Origin: Gemmatimonadota bacterium
Lineage (GTDB): Bacteria > Gemmatimonadota > Gemmatimonadetes > Longimicrobiales > RSA9
DNA length: 64,000 bases
Assembly: GCA_007126035.1 (NCBI GenBank)
Contig: SLCC01000066.1
Location: 1,104-65,103 of the forward strand
Reading direction: 5' to 3'
Positions 1 through 10,300 of this stretch are shown here, in pieces (positions within the stretch are counted from its first letter, which is position 1; every line of letters starts with the position of its first letter). The translations under genes were made by a program, and so were the position numbers. The notes under the pieces were generated by a model. It did no database searches, was not told the DNA's origin, and was given only the letters and a program-made list of their open reading frames with translations.

Positions 1-982
1 TCCGTTCGGTAACGGAGATCATCATGATGGCGATCACGCCTACTCCACCCACCAGCAGCGCCACGGACGAGAGAGCTATCATCACTATGAAGAACAGGCC
101 GGTGATGTTGTTGAACGTCTCCAAAACCTCTTCCTGTCTGATGATGGCGAAGTTGTTCTCGTCTCTGGGCCGGAGGCCGCGCATGACCCGCATGGTAGCA
201 ATGACCTGGTCCATGGCCTGCTCCTGGGTCGAGCCGTCCGCCGTCACGATCAGGGCGTAGAGCATACCATCCCAGGTCCGGAGATGCTTGAGCGACGCCG
301 TGTAGGGCACGACCGCGTAGTTAGTGGCCATCTCCCCGAATATGCTGGCCTGCGGCTCGAAGACGCCGATCACTGTGAATGGGATACCGTTGATCCGGAC
401 GGACCGCTGGATCGGGTCCAAGGCCCCGAACAACGACCTGGACAGAGGCCCGGACAGGACGACGACGGGGCTGGACGCCGACACATCGGTGGGCAGGAAG
501 TTGTGGCCGGCCACGAAGCTGCCCGTGGTGAACTCGTCCCAGCCGGCACTGTTGCCCGAGATGGTGACGCCGCCCACGGGTGAGCCGGCGGGTCCCTGCA
601 CGGACGCTGTCTGCTGCAGCTCCACAATGGCCGTCCGAACGTGGCTCAGCTCCGTCAGCCGGTGGACCTCGCTGGGGTGGACCGGTGGGTTCCGGCCCCA
701 GGCCGGCCCGGAGTGGCCGTTGATCTGGATCCCCATGAAGTTGTAGCGCACCACCATGAAGTTCTTCGGTCCCGCGGCTTCTATGCCCTCCATCGCCTCG
801 GCACGTATCCCGGCTATGGCGGCGCTCATTGTGACCACCGTGGCCACGCCTATGACTATGCCGAGGATCGTCATGACGGACCGGAACTTGTGGGCCCGTA
901 GCTGGTCCAGGGCGATGAGTATCGCCTCAGCGATCCGCTCGACCGCCGCCACGACCCGGTCCGCCAGTCGCTCAGGCCACAT
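1..982 (-). CDS. ABC transporter permease, MacB/FtsX family (5' part only; gene runs off left edge)
   Basis: Absent from the ORF track because there is no stop in the window. My reverse translation from the ATG (complement of 980-982) gives MWPERLADRVVAAVERIAEAILIALDQLRAHKFRSVMTILGIVIGVATVVTMSAAIAGIRAE... This is the typical N-terminal TM1 of MacB-type permeases and is paralogous to the 986-2227 and 16017-17225 products. The start lies 3 nt after the upstream permease stop. Confidence 0.8.
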   Translation of the reverse strand, partial: MWPERLADRVVAAVERIAEAILIALDQLRAHKFRSVMTILGIVIGVATVVTMSAAIAGIRAEAMEGIEAAGPKNFMVVRYNFMGIQINGHSGPAWGRNPPVHPSEVHRLTELSHVRTAIVELQQTASVQGPAGSPVGGVTISGNSAGWDEFTTGSFVAGHNFLPTDVSASSPVVVLSGPLSRSLFGALDPIQRSVRINGIPFTVIGVFEPQASIFGEMATNYAVVPYTASLKHLRTWDGMLYALIVTADGSTQEQAMDQVIATMRVMRGLRPRDENNFAIIRQEEVLETFNNITGLFFIVMIALSSVALLVGGVGVIAIMMISVTER

Positions 983-985
983 GGC

Positions 986-2227
986 TCACTCTGCCCTCAG
1001 GGCCACGACGGGGTCCAGACGGGACGCCCGTGACGCCGGGTACAGGCCGGCCAGCACGCCCACGACTATGCCCATACCGGCGGCCAGGGCCAGCCAGTGG
1101 TAGCCCACGGCGGCAGGCATGGGAGAAACCGCTTCAACCAGCTTCGCCAGCCCCAGCCCCAGCCCTATCCCGATGCTGGCGCCCACGAACGACAGTGTGC
1201 CGGACTCGACCAGGATCTGGAGCAGGACATCGCGACGTCGTGCGCCCACGGACTTGCGCATGCCTATCTCCTGCGTCCGCTCCACTACGGACATGAGCAT
1301 GATGTTCATGATCACCATGCCGCCCACCACCAGGGCGATGCCCACCAGGGCGGGGAAGGCGATGAAGAGGATGCGGCTCATGGTGGCCCAGAAGGCCATG
1401 GACTGGTCCTGTGTCTCGAGCTCGAAGTTGTTGGGCTGGTCAGGCCGTAGGCGGTTCCGTACCCGCATGATCGCCTCGACCTCCATCTTCGCCAGCTCCA
1501 GCGCCGTGGGGTCGTCCGCCTTGACCAGGATGTTGTCTACCACCCCACGAGGGTTGGTCATGCGGCCCATGGGCGAGCTGGCGGGCGCGATGGCGCGGTT
1601 GTCCAGGGACATGGTGAACAGGGTGCCCTGGGACTCGAGCACTCCGATCACCTCGAAGGACACGTCCCGGATCCGGACCGTCCTACCCAGAGGGTTCAGC
1701 GAGCCGAACAGCGTCTCGGCGGTTTCCGAGCCCAGCACCACGACTGGCAGCCCCGCTTCTGCCTCGAGCGGACCGAACAGCCTGCCCTCCGCCACGTCCC
1801 ACTCCCGGATCCGGAAGATCTCCGGCGATGCGGCGCTGAGCCATACGCCACTCACCTCCTCGCCCCGGACCGAGCGGGCGCGGCTCGTAGAGGAGCTCTC
1901 AATGGCTACGCGGGCCGGAACCGTCAATTGCTCCCGTATCGCCTCCGCGTCCTCGGTCCGGAGACGAGGCCGGCGTCGCCACTCCCGCCACTGCTCATCG
2001 CTCGGGTTCATCATCATGGACGGCTGGCGGCTCACGGTCAACGTGTTCAGGCCGAACAGCGACCGGGCGAAGTCCTCCTCCATGTACCGGTTCATGCCCT
2101 CCACGATGGTGACCACCGCGATGAGGAACATCACGCCGATGACCACACCGATGACGCTGAAGAAGCTCTTGAGCTTCTGGGCCCGGATCTGGGCGAACGC
2201 GAGACGGATGGCGTCCCGCAGGCTCAC
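986..2227 (-). CDS. ABC transporter permease, MacB/FtsX family
   Basis: 413-aa ORF. N-terminal TM ([26 protein letters not shown]), large periplasmic domain, and C-terminal FtsX TM bundle ending ...[18 protein letters not shown]. Overlaps the ATPase gene by 4 nt. Confidence 0.9.
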   Translation of the reverse strand: MSLRDAIRLAFAQIRAQKLKSFFSVIGVVIGVMFLIAVVTIVEGMNRYMEEDFARSLFGLNTLTVSRQPSMMMNPSDEQWREWRRRPRLRTEDAEAIREQLTVPARVAIESSSTSRARSVRGEEVSGVWLSAASPEIFRIREWDVAEGRLFGPLEAEAGLPVVVLGSETAETLFGSLNPLGRTVRIRDVSFEVIGVLESQGTLFTMSLDNRAIAPASSPMGRMTNPRGVVDNILVKADDPTALELAKMEVEAIMRVRNRLRPDQPNNFELETQDQSMAFWATMSRILFIAFPALVGIALVVGGMVIMNIMLMSVVERTQEIGMRKSVGARRRDVLLQILVESGTLSFVGASIGIGLGLGLAKLVEAVSPMPAAVGYHWLALAAGMGIVVGVLAGLYPASRASRLDPVVALRAE

Positions 2228-2928
2228 ACGGCTACCTGGGCGGCCTGGGTCTCGTCGCTCTCGATGAGGCCGTCCAGCAGCGTGATGCGGCGGTTGGCGT
2301 GCAGGGCCACATCGTGCTCGTGGGTCACCAGCAGGATGGTCTGGCCGCTGTCGTGGAGCTCGTCGAAAAGGGCCATGATCTCCGCGCCGGTGCGGCTGTC
2401 CAGGTTACCCGTCGGCTCGTCCGCCAGCAGGATCGCAGGATCGTTGACCAGCGCCCTTGCCACCGCCACCCGTTGCTTCTGGCCGCCGGACAGCTCGCTG
2501 GGCCGGTGGGTCATGCGATCCGCCAACCCCACCCGCTCCAGCACGTGCTCCGCCCGCTCGCGCCGTTCGCGGGCGCCGGTCCCGCCATAGATCAACGGCA
2601 GCTCCACGTTGTGCAGCGCCGTGGCCCGGGGCAGCAGGTTGAACGTCTGGAAGACGAACCCGATCTCGCGGTTGCGGATGGCCGCCAGCTGGTCGTCGTT
2701 GAGGCGTGCCACGGCCGTCCCGTTCAGCCAGTATTCCCCGGCCGTCGGCGTGTCGAGGCAGCCGATGAGATTCATGAACGTGGACTTCCCGGACCCCGAC
2801 GGGCCCATGAGAGCCACGTACTCGTTCCTCTCTATCTCCACGTCGATGCCACGGAGCGCGTAGATGATCTCCGCGCCCATTACGTATTCCTTCGAGAGCC
2901 CCTTCGTACGGATGATCGCCTGCTTCAT
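2224..2928 (-). CDS. ABC transporter ATP-binding protein (MacB/LolD-like)
   Basis: Walker [10 protein letters not shown], signature [15 protein letters not shown], Walker [14 protein letters not shown]-loop LVTHE. Start trimmed from ORF-track 3003 to ATG 2928 ([11 protein letters not shown]...), 7 nt after the adaptor stop. Confidence 0.9.
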   Translation of the reverse strand: MKQAIIRTKGLSKEYVMGAEIIYALRGIDVEIERNEYVALMGPSGSGKSTFMNLIGCLDTPTAGEYWLNGTAVARLNDDQLAAIRNREIGFVFQTFNLLPRATALHNVELPLIYGGTGARERRERAEHVLERVGLADRMTHRPSELSGGQKQRVAVARALVNDPAILLADEPTGNLDSRTGAEIMALFDELHDSGQTILLVTHEHDVALHANRRITLLDGLIESDETQAAQVAV

Positions 2929-2935
2929 CTCCACC

Positions 2936-4231
2936 TCACTCCGGCTTCGGTGTGGTCGTACCATTACGCCTCGCACCCGGTAGGACGCGCACGGCGCCGC
3001 CATCGTTCAATCCGCGGACGGCTTCGTACGGACCGGCCACGATGCTGTCTCCCACGCCGAGCCCCCCCAGGACCTCGAAGTGCTCCCGGCCCGTTATGCC
3101 CACGTCGACCCTGGTGAACCGTGCGCGGCCGTCCCGGATGACGAACACGCCTTCCACGTCGTCATCCTCGGGGCTGATGCCAGAAACGGGCACTTCACGG
3201 GTGGAGCCGAGGTCGTCCTCGAGGCTTTCCAGCGACGAGCGCTCCCGGACGGTGAGGGCGATGATGGGGATGCCCAGCGCTTCTTCCCGCCTGGCCGTCA
3301 CTATCTCGGCCGTAGTCGACAGGTCGGGTCGGATCCCCAGCGGTGGGTCGTTCAGCGTGATGACGATCTCGAAGTCCACGCCCTGGGACTGCTGGCCGCC
3401 CCGGCTCTGGGGCGGGACCGTGGAGCTGTGGCTGATCTTGGTCACCCGTCCCGCGAACCGCTGCCGGGGGAAGGCGTCGATGGTGAGCGAGGTGCTGTCA
3501 CCGAGACTGATGCCGGGCACGTCCGTCTCGTCGGCCCTGACCACCGCCTCCATGACCGACAGGTCGCTCACCGTGAGCAGCAGGCTGCCCGGGTTGTTCA
3601 TCGTACCCACGATGGCCGTTTCACCCTCCTCGATGTTCAGGCGGGTGATCACCCCGTTGATGGGCGCGCGGATGACCGACTTGGCCAGCTGGTCCTCTGC
3701 CTCCTGGAGCATGGCCCGTGCGATCTCCACGCCGTGCAGCGCCGCCTCATAGAGCGCCTTCTGCACCTGCGCCTGCGTCTCCGTTTCCTCGAACTGCTGG
3801 GGACTGATCAGGTTCGGGTCGCGGCTCCGCATCTCCGTCGCCCGTCGCAAAGCCTGCTCCGTCTGGAGCAGTGACGCCCTGGCCTGGGCCTCACGCGCCA
3901 GCGACTCGCTGACTCCGGCCCGCGCCCGTGCCACCGCCGCCTCGTACTGTGTAGGGTCGATGCGTAGCAGGACCTGGCCCCGCTCGACCCCGTCTCCTTC
4001 CTGCACGTACAGCCCCGTTACCCGGCCCATGATGTCGGATTGCACGTCCACCGAGACCCGGGGCTGGATCCAACCGTTGGCCCGGACCACTGACTCCAGC
4101 CGCCGCAGCTCCACCGTCTCGACCCGGACCTCGACGCCGGCCTCGCCACGGGTGTTGAGCCCGGCGATGCCACCACCTGCCAGGGCGACCACCCCGCCCA
4201 CCGCCAGGACGATCTTCGTCTTTCGCTTCAT
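2936..4231 (-). CDS. Efflux periplasmic adaptor, HlyD/MacA family
   Basis: 431 aa. N-terminal membrane anchor ([19 protein letters not shown]), coiled-coil region, [18 protein letters not shown] lipoyl-like motif, beta-barrel C-terminus. Sits between the TolC and ABC genes. Confidence 0.85.
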   Translation of the reverse strand: MKRKTKIVLAVGGVVALAGGGIAGLNTRGEAGVEVRVETVELRRLESVVRANGWIQPRVSVDVQSDIMGRVTGLYVQEGDGVERGQVLLRIDPTQYEAAVARARAGVSESLAREAQARASLLQTEQALRRATEMRSRDPNLISPQQFEETETQAQVQKALYEAALHGVEIARAMLQEAEDQLAKSVIRAPINGVITRLNIEEGETAIVGTMNNPGSLLLTVSDLSVMEAVVRADETDVPGISLGDSTSLTIDAFPRQRFAGRVTKISHSSTVPPQSRGGQQSQGVDFEIVITLNDPPLGIRPDLSTTAEIVTARREEALGIPIIALTVRERSSLESLEDDLGSTREVPVSGISPEDDDVEGVFVIRDGRARFTRVDVGITGREHFEVLGGLGVGDSIVAGPYEAVRGLNDGGAVRVLPGARRNGTTTPKPE

Positions 4232-4240
4232 TGCTTTGCC

Positions 4241-5740
4241 TCAGTCCTCAGGTATGGTCAGCGGCTGGCCAGTAGCGGCCTCCAGGGCCGTGAGCGCTTC
4301 CTGGAACGCGTAGACACCGAGCAGGTGAGACCTGTCCGCCCGGGCCTTCATCGTCTCCGCCTCCAGTAACTCTATGAACGACGCTACGCCCACGCTGTAG
4401 CGTTCCCTGGCAAGCCGGAGCTGGTCGTCTGCCAGCTCCCGGTTCCGCTCCTCCAGCTGGACCGCCCGGTAGGCGGCGCGCAACGAGCCCAGCGCGGCCA
4501 GCACGTCCGCCCTGACCCGCAGCTGCTCGCCCCGCAGGCGATGGGCTGCCGCTTCCCGGTTGGCGTGGGCCCGCTCGAGTTGGCGCTGCCGGTTCAGCCC
4601 CTGGAAGACCGGGACGGACACGCCCACCGACAGGGAGACAGGCTCACTGTCGAAGTTGAATGGGAACTGCCGGTTCTGGTCCAGTATCCGCGACCGCATG
4701 GTCTCAGTGAACCGGAACTGGGAGCAGTCCACCGGCGGCATGGGCGGGTTCAGCCGACCCAGCAGGTCGTTGGTCTCGATGCACTGGAGGGCCGCGTTCG
4801 CCATCTGCTCTTCCGCCCGGTCGATCAGGTACTGGTCGCTGCCGACCCGGCGAGTGTAGCCGGCGATACCGGTGGACATGGACAACCGGGGCCAGAACGC
4901 GCTGCGCGCCATCCCAACCTCGGAGTCGGACGCCGCCGCGGTGGCCCGCGCCACCTCGAGCTCCGGCTGCCCGCCCATGGCCATGCGTATGAGGGACTCT
5001 TTCTGCCAGTGCGGCTCGAAGACACCGACGTCCGTGGTGAGTTCGACGTCGGTATCCAGGTCCACGCCGATGACCTGCAGGAGTCGCAGTCGCTCCGTCT
5101 CGTAGCCTGACTCGGCGCGGAGCAGCTCGACCTCGGCGCGACCTCGCTCGACCTCAGCCTGCCGGACCTCGAGCAGCGTCACCGACTCGACGGCATGCCG
5201 CGCCTCGGCGAGGCCCAGGTTGCCTTCAGCCCGGTCCAGCTCCGCGCGTGCCAGGTCCACGGCGTCGCGCATCCGCAGGGCGGCCAGGTACTGGCGTGTC
5301 ACACCGGACCTCAGGTTCTGGTCCGCCACGTCTATGCGGGCCCGGACCACGTCCCGGGACGCTCGCTCCTGGCCCAACCGGTAGAACGTGGAGCCATCGA
5401 GCGACAGTTGGAGGCCCAGGCTGTAGCTCGAGAAGTAGTAGGAGGGCGTCTCGCCCAGGCCGATGTCACCGGAGGTGAAGTTGCCCAGCCGGGCCTGGCC
5501 GCTGCCCTGATAGCTCATCCCGCCACCGACGGACGCCGTGGGCAGGAAGGCCGCGTACGCCGACCGCACTCCCCACTCGGCCACCGGCTCCTCGCCCAGC
5601 TGGATCCGGTAGTCGGGGTTGTGCTCCCGGGCCAGGGCAATGGCCTGTTCCAGGCTCAGTCGTGGCGGCGGGGCCTGGGCCTGGGCTGCGAGCGGGAACA
5701 GCAGGAAGGCCAGGAACGAAAGCAGAGACGTTCTCTTCAT
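4241..5740 (-). CDS. TolC-family outer membrane efflux protein
   Basis: 499 aa. Signal peptide MKRTSLLSFLAFLLFPLAAQAQA. Long helical repeats with the typical LEQAIALAREHNPDYR opening and a duplicated OEP architecture. Confidence 0.85.
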   Translation of the reverse strand: MKRTSLLSFLAFLLFPLAAQAQAPPPRLSLEQAIALAREHNPDYRIQLGEEPVAEWGVRSAYAAFLPTASVGGGMSYQGSGQARLGNFTSGDIGLGETPSYYFSSYSLGLQLSLDGSTFYRLGQERASRDVVRARIDVADQNLRSGVTRQYLAALRMRDAVDLARAELDRAEGNLGLAEARHAVESVTLLEVRQAEVERGRAEVELLRAESGYETERLRLLQVIGVDLDTDVELTTDVGVFEPHWQKESLIRMAMGGQPELEVARATAAASDSEVGMARSAFWPRLSMSTGIAGYTRRVGSDQYLIDRAEEQMANAALQCIETNDLLGRLNPPMPPVDCSQFRFTETMRSRILDQNRQFPFNFDSEPVSLSVGVSVPVFQGLNRQRQLERAHANREAAAHRLRGEQLRVRADVLAALGSLRAAYRAVQLEERNRELADDQLRLARERYSVGVASFIELLEAETMKARADRSHLLGVYAFQEALTALEAATGQPLTIPED

Positions 5741-5869
5741 CGTGTATCGATCCAGTCAGCCGGGGGGTGTCCGTTGTCGTCCTCCGTACGCCGGCGCCGC
5801 TGGGCCGGTTTCAGGCCACCGTGGCGCGGCTGGTAGGATTCGCGTCGCCCGGTCAAGGACGGCAGTGGG

Positions 5870-6559
5870 TCAGTCGGGCAGGGCCAGGCGCTCCGCCAGG
5901 AACCCGGTCTCCGGGATGCTGAGGCGCAGGAGCTTGCCCTGGTCGTCCACCCAGAGCGTGCGTCGGGCCATGCCGTTCGCCTCGAAGCTGATCCGGCGGG
6001 CCGAGACCCGCTGCCCTGCCACGTCGATGTTCTCACGACCCACCTCCCGCACGGTGGCTGTGACCTGTCGGTACAGGCGGGGAACGATCACGGGAGTGGC
6101 GACACCGTCACGGGCGGCCACTACGAAGTGGTGGTGGTGCGTCACGTCGTCGTCCACCACGACGGCACGTTCCCCGACGAGGTACTCCCGCATGGATTCA
6201 CCTGTGGGTGAGATGACCTGCGCCCGGAACCGGTTGCCCGTGAGCTGGCCTCGCACGGTGACCCGCTCGGGCCCGGTGCTCTCCACCTGGTAGGTCGACG
6301 GGCGATGGCCGGTCCCGTCGACCTGGAGCAGGGCTCTGGTCTGATAGCCCGTGTCGAGGGTGATCCGGCCCTGTGCCACCACGGTGGCGCCTGTGCCGCT
6401 GCCGGTCTGCCGGATGCTGAAGGTCTCGGTACCTGTCGGCGCACCTCGCACGGACAGGCGGAAAGAACCTTCGTCCAGGATCACGGCCTGCGCCGAGCCG
6501 GCGGGGGGTAGGACCAGGAACGCCGCTGCCGCTACCGCCAGAGCTGTACGAACGGACAT
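5870..6559 (-). CDS. Hypothetical secreted protein
   Basis: Start moved to ATG 6559, preceded by GGAGG 5 nt upstream on the minus strand. Signal peptide MSVRTALAVAAAAFLVLPPAGSAQA. Beta-rich, with no family I recognise. Confidence 0.5.
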   Translation of the reverse strand: MSVRTALAVAAAAFLVLPPAGSAQAVILDEGSFRLSVRGAPTGTETFSIRQTGSGTGATVVAQGRITLDTGYQTRALLQVDGTGHRPSTYQVESTGPERVTVRGQLTGNRFRAQVISPTGESMREYLVGERAVVVDDDVTHHHHFVVAARDGVATPVIVPRLYRQVTATVREVGRENIDVAGQRVSARRISFEANGMARRTLWVDDQGKLLRLSIPETGFLAERLALPD

Positions 6560-6632
6560 CCGGACCTCCGGTTGGGTTGCAGCAGTGTACACCGCGGCGA
6601 GTGTGGAGTTCGGCACCGTCGCCGTCTGACCA

Positions 6633-7376
6633 TCACAGGGTGTCCGACGCCTGATCCGGCCGGGTGAAGACGGCGCGGCGGATCACGTCGAGGATACGCT
6701 GGTAGATCAACTCGCCCTTCTCCCCGGCGGCCAGGGACGGGCGGCCGACGGAGCCGGTGCCGCCGACGGGCGGGGCGGGCATTGCGCCGCGCATGTAGCG
6801 TCGGAACTCTTCCGGTGCAAGGTTGAAGTCACGGGCGCGATCCATCCGTACACGGTCAGGGTAGAGGTATAGCATGAGGGACGTTTCGGCCTCGCCGGCG
6901 TGCTCGGCCGACTGGTCCCCTTCGACGAGGTCGTGGATGGGCACGTCCCAGATGTCCACGACCCGGATACGGGATGCACTGGCGAGCAGAGAGGCGAGGG
7001 CCTCGAGGTGGGGGTCGTGACGATGCGCAGTGAGGATGATGAACTCGGTGACGCCATGGCGTTCCCAGCTCTCTATCAGCTCGTTCAGGGCCCGGTGCAG
7101 CGTCTTGCGGCTGAGCGTTGCGGTGCCGGCGTATGCACGCTCGGTCTCCACGTTGACGCCGAAGTTGAAAGTGGGGGCCAGCAGGACCCCGAGCTCTTGT
7201 GACAGGTCGGACGCGATGCGGCGAACGATGAGCATGTTGCTACCGAGGGGCAGGTGTGGGCCGTGCTGCTCGAGGGCGCCCACGGGCACGATCAGCCTAG
7301 GGTCGCGGGCCAGGTGTGCGGCCACGTCGACCCAGCTCAACTCGTCCAGTCCGAGGCAATGGTTCCCGCTGCTCAT
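6633..7376 (-). CDS. Creatininase-family amidohydrolase
   Basis: 247 aa. Family hallmarks LIVPVGALEQHGPHLPLGSN, ILTAHRHD and AEHAGEAETSLMLYL. Confidence 0.8.
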   Translation of the reverse strand: MSSGNHCLGLDELSWVDVAAHLARDPRLIVPVGALEQHGPHLPLGSNMLIVRRIASDLSQELGVLLAPTFNFGVNVETERAYAGTATLSRKTLHRALNELIESWERHGVTEFIILTAHRHDPHLEALASLLASASRIRVVDIWDVPIHDLVEGDQSAEHAGEAETSLMLYLYPDRVRMDRARDFNLAPEEFRRYMRGAMPAPPVGGTGSVGRPSLAAGEKGELIYQRILDVIRRAVFTRPDQASDTL

Positions 7377-7385
7377 GGGGACATT

Positions 7386-10300
7386 ATGATGCGTACATCG
7401 CCGGCGCGCACGGTGTGGGTGCTGAGCCTGGGCTCGCTCCTGGCCCTGGTGGTGTGGACACGTACCCTGTCAGGCTGGGTGTTGCCACTGGCTCTCCTGC
7501 TCCTGACTGCCGGCGCGGTCGTCGAGCTCCGGCGGCCGCGACCGAAGGGCTGGCGGCTGGCGGAGCCGCTGGCGCTAGCGGTGCTGGGCCTGGCACTCCT
7601 GGCCGGGGTGGGGACCTCGATACGGCTCGAGGCCGGGGAGCGGGCCTGGCCCACGGTCCAGGCCGCCAGCGAGCATCGGCTGGCATCCCGTCTCGAGGAC
7701 CGGGTGCAGGCGCTGGTGCAGCGTGGCGGCGCGGCAGCCGAGCTGGCGGCGGAGCTGGTCGAGGGGTGGCTGCCGGAAACGGTCGGGGTGGGGCGGTCAC
7801 CAGATCGCTGGTTCGACGAGCTGGAGTCCATTCGCAAGCGCACTGGCGTCGATGCGGTGGCCCTGCTGGAGTCGGACGGTCGGCCCGTGGCCTGGGCCGG
7901 TGACCATCGGGGCCAGATACCCCGGCAGGTACTGGCCGATGGACAGCGGGTGGTCTACCCTGGCGGCACCCTCTTCTCCTACCTCTACAGCGTGACCCCT
8001 GCGGACGCCGGGCTCCGGGCGGTCAGTGCCGTGCTGGTACAGGCCGGGCCGCCGGTGCGGGGGACGACTGGCTCGGTGGCCGACCGGTTCGAAGCGGTTA
8101 CCGGTCAGCGGCCGCGGTTCGGCCACGGGTCCTCGCTCGGGGCCCAGTGGACGCTCGAGCTGGACGGCCAGCCGGTGCTCCACGCCCGCTGGCCGGCCCT
8201 GAACCACGGGGAGTGGCGCAGCGACGTGTCCCGGACCGGTCGCCGCGTGGTCTTCGGGCTGGCGCTGGTAGCCCTGGGGCTCCTCTGGGCCAGCTGGCTC
8301 AGGCCTCTCGGCGACAGGAGCTGGCCTGCCGGGCTGGTGCCCATGGGCGCACTCAGCCTCACGCTGATCCTGGCGCCGCTGCGGCAGATCCTGGGTATGG
8401 AGCGGCTCTTCTCCCCGGGATTCTTCCTGCTGCCCATACCTGGCGACTTCCTCATCGAAGGCGTCATCGTGGTCCTGCTGCCGCTGGCGGCGTTGGTGTC
8501 CACCATGAAGCCCGCCCCCGTACGGCCGCCCGAGCTCTGGCTGCGCCTGGGCATTGGGGCCGCCTTGGCCGGCGGTGCCTTCGCCGTGGGCGCAGGGCTC
8601 ATGGCCGCCAGTGCCGGCCATCCAATGCTCACGGGCGGCGGGCCGCTCTGGTACGTGCTGATGCCCACCACGGTAGTGCTGCTGGCGGTGCTGACTGCGC
8701 CCTTGATCCCCAGGACCACCAGGCCGGATGGTGGACGGACGCCCCTTGTGTTCGGCTCGGCCGCCGTGGTGCTATCCATGGCGCTGGCCTGGGGGCTCAC
8801 CGCCTGGTGGCGGCCTGACGGACCGCCTGCAACGCCCATCCTGCTGCTGTGGTCCGTGCCGTTCCTGTTGGCCGCACGGGCCGTGTCCGCCTATGTCGGC
8901 CGGGGCGAGAGGCTCCTGCGTTGGCTGGCCGTGGGCTGGCTCGCCTCCACCGCCGTGGTCCCGCACCTGTGGACCACCAGCCAGGCGACACGGCTGGCGG
9001 CGGCAGAGACGGAGGTGGCCGCTTTCGGCGCCCGGATGGACCCCTATCTGACCTACCTGCTGGTGCGCTTCGGCGAGGAGCTCCACCGTGCCGACGACCG
9101 GGGCGAGCAGGGCGCTGACCTCCTCTACGAGGCCTGGGTCGAGAGCGGGCTGGCCAGTGCGCCCTACCCGCTCGAGATCACCCTGTGGGACGAAGAGCTT
9201 CAGCCGGCGGCGCACCTGCCTCTGGGCGTCCGGCTGGACCCGGGTGGGCCGGCGGACCTGGAGCTCCGGGAGATTTTGCGGACCACCGTGGTGCGGGACG
9301 AGCCGGAAAATATCCCCGCCACTGGCGGCGGAGTGGGTCGCTTCCTCACTGTTCCCCTGGCTGGAGGCAGCGCCGTCTCGGTGGCGGTGGCACCCCGCGC
9401 CAGCCTCAGGCCCGCCTCGCCACTGGCCATGCTGATGGAGGGGTCCGGCGATGGTGTCCAGCTCGAGCTGCTCCCCGGCGACGGGCTCCTGACACACGAG
9501 GACGCGGTCTGGCGTCGCACTGCGGACGGCTGGCGCAAGGAGATGATCCTGCGGGAGGGAACGGACGTCTACCACGCCCATCTCGATCTCCGCGTCCCGC
9601 CCGCCGGCGTCCGTCTGGCCCGGGGCGTGCTCCTGGTTGGGCTGGCGCTGACGGTCTTCGTAGGGCTGTGGGTGGTAGGCCGAACCGCCCAGGGCGATCC
9701 GCCCTCGCCGCCAGGGGGTTGGCTCGGCTGGTTCGGCGGCTTCCGCGCCCGCTTGATCGTGGCCCTGTTCGCCTTCTTCCTGCTGCCCACGGCAGTATTC
9801 GGCTGGGCCGCCTACCGGGCGCTGGCCGAGGAAGTGACCCGGGCCGCTCGACAGGTGGCGGAGCGCGGGGTGGTCCACGCCGCCGCCGCCATGCCGGACG
9901 GGGTCCTGACCGAGACCGCGCGGAGGGCCGGGGAGGACGTGCTGTACTACCACCACGGCCTCCTCCATAGCGCCTCGCTGCCCGAGGCCCAGGAACTGGG
10001 GCTCTACAGCGCCTGGATGCCTGCCGGTCTCTACAGCGAGCTGCGGAGCGGCGAGGCCATGGGCGGCTCCGAGATGGGCGAGCTGGCGGGTCGATCCTAC
10101 ATGGTTTCCTACCGCCGGCTGGGCAATCCCTTCGAGGCGGTAGCGGTACCCGTGTGGCTGGCGGCCAGGGACGTGGAGGTCAGACAGCAGGAATTCGCCC
10201 ACCTGGTCCTGTTCGGACTACTCATGGGCGGACTGCTCTCTTTAATGCTCTCGGTACGGGTGGGCCGGACCCTGGCACGCCCCATCGCCGAGCTGCGCCG

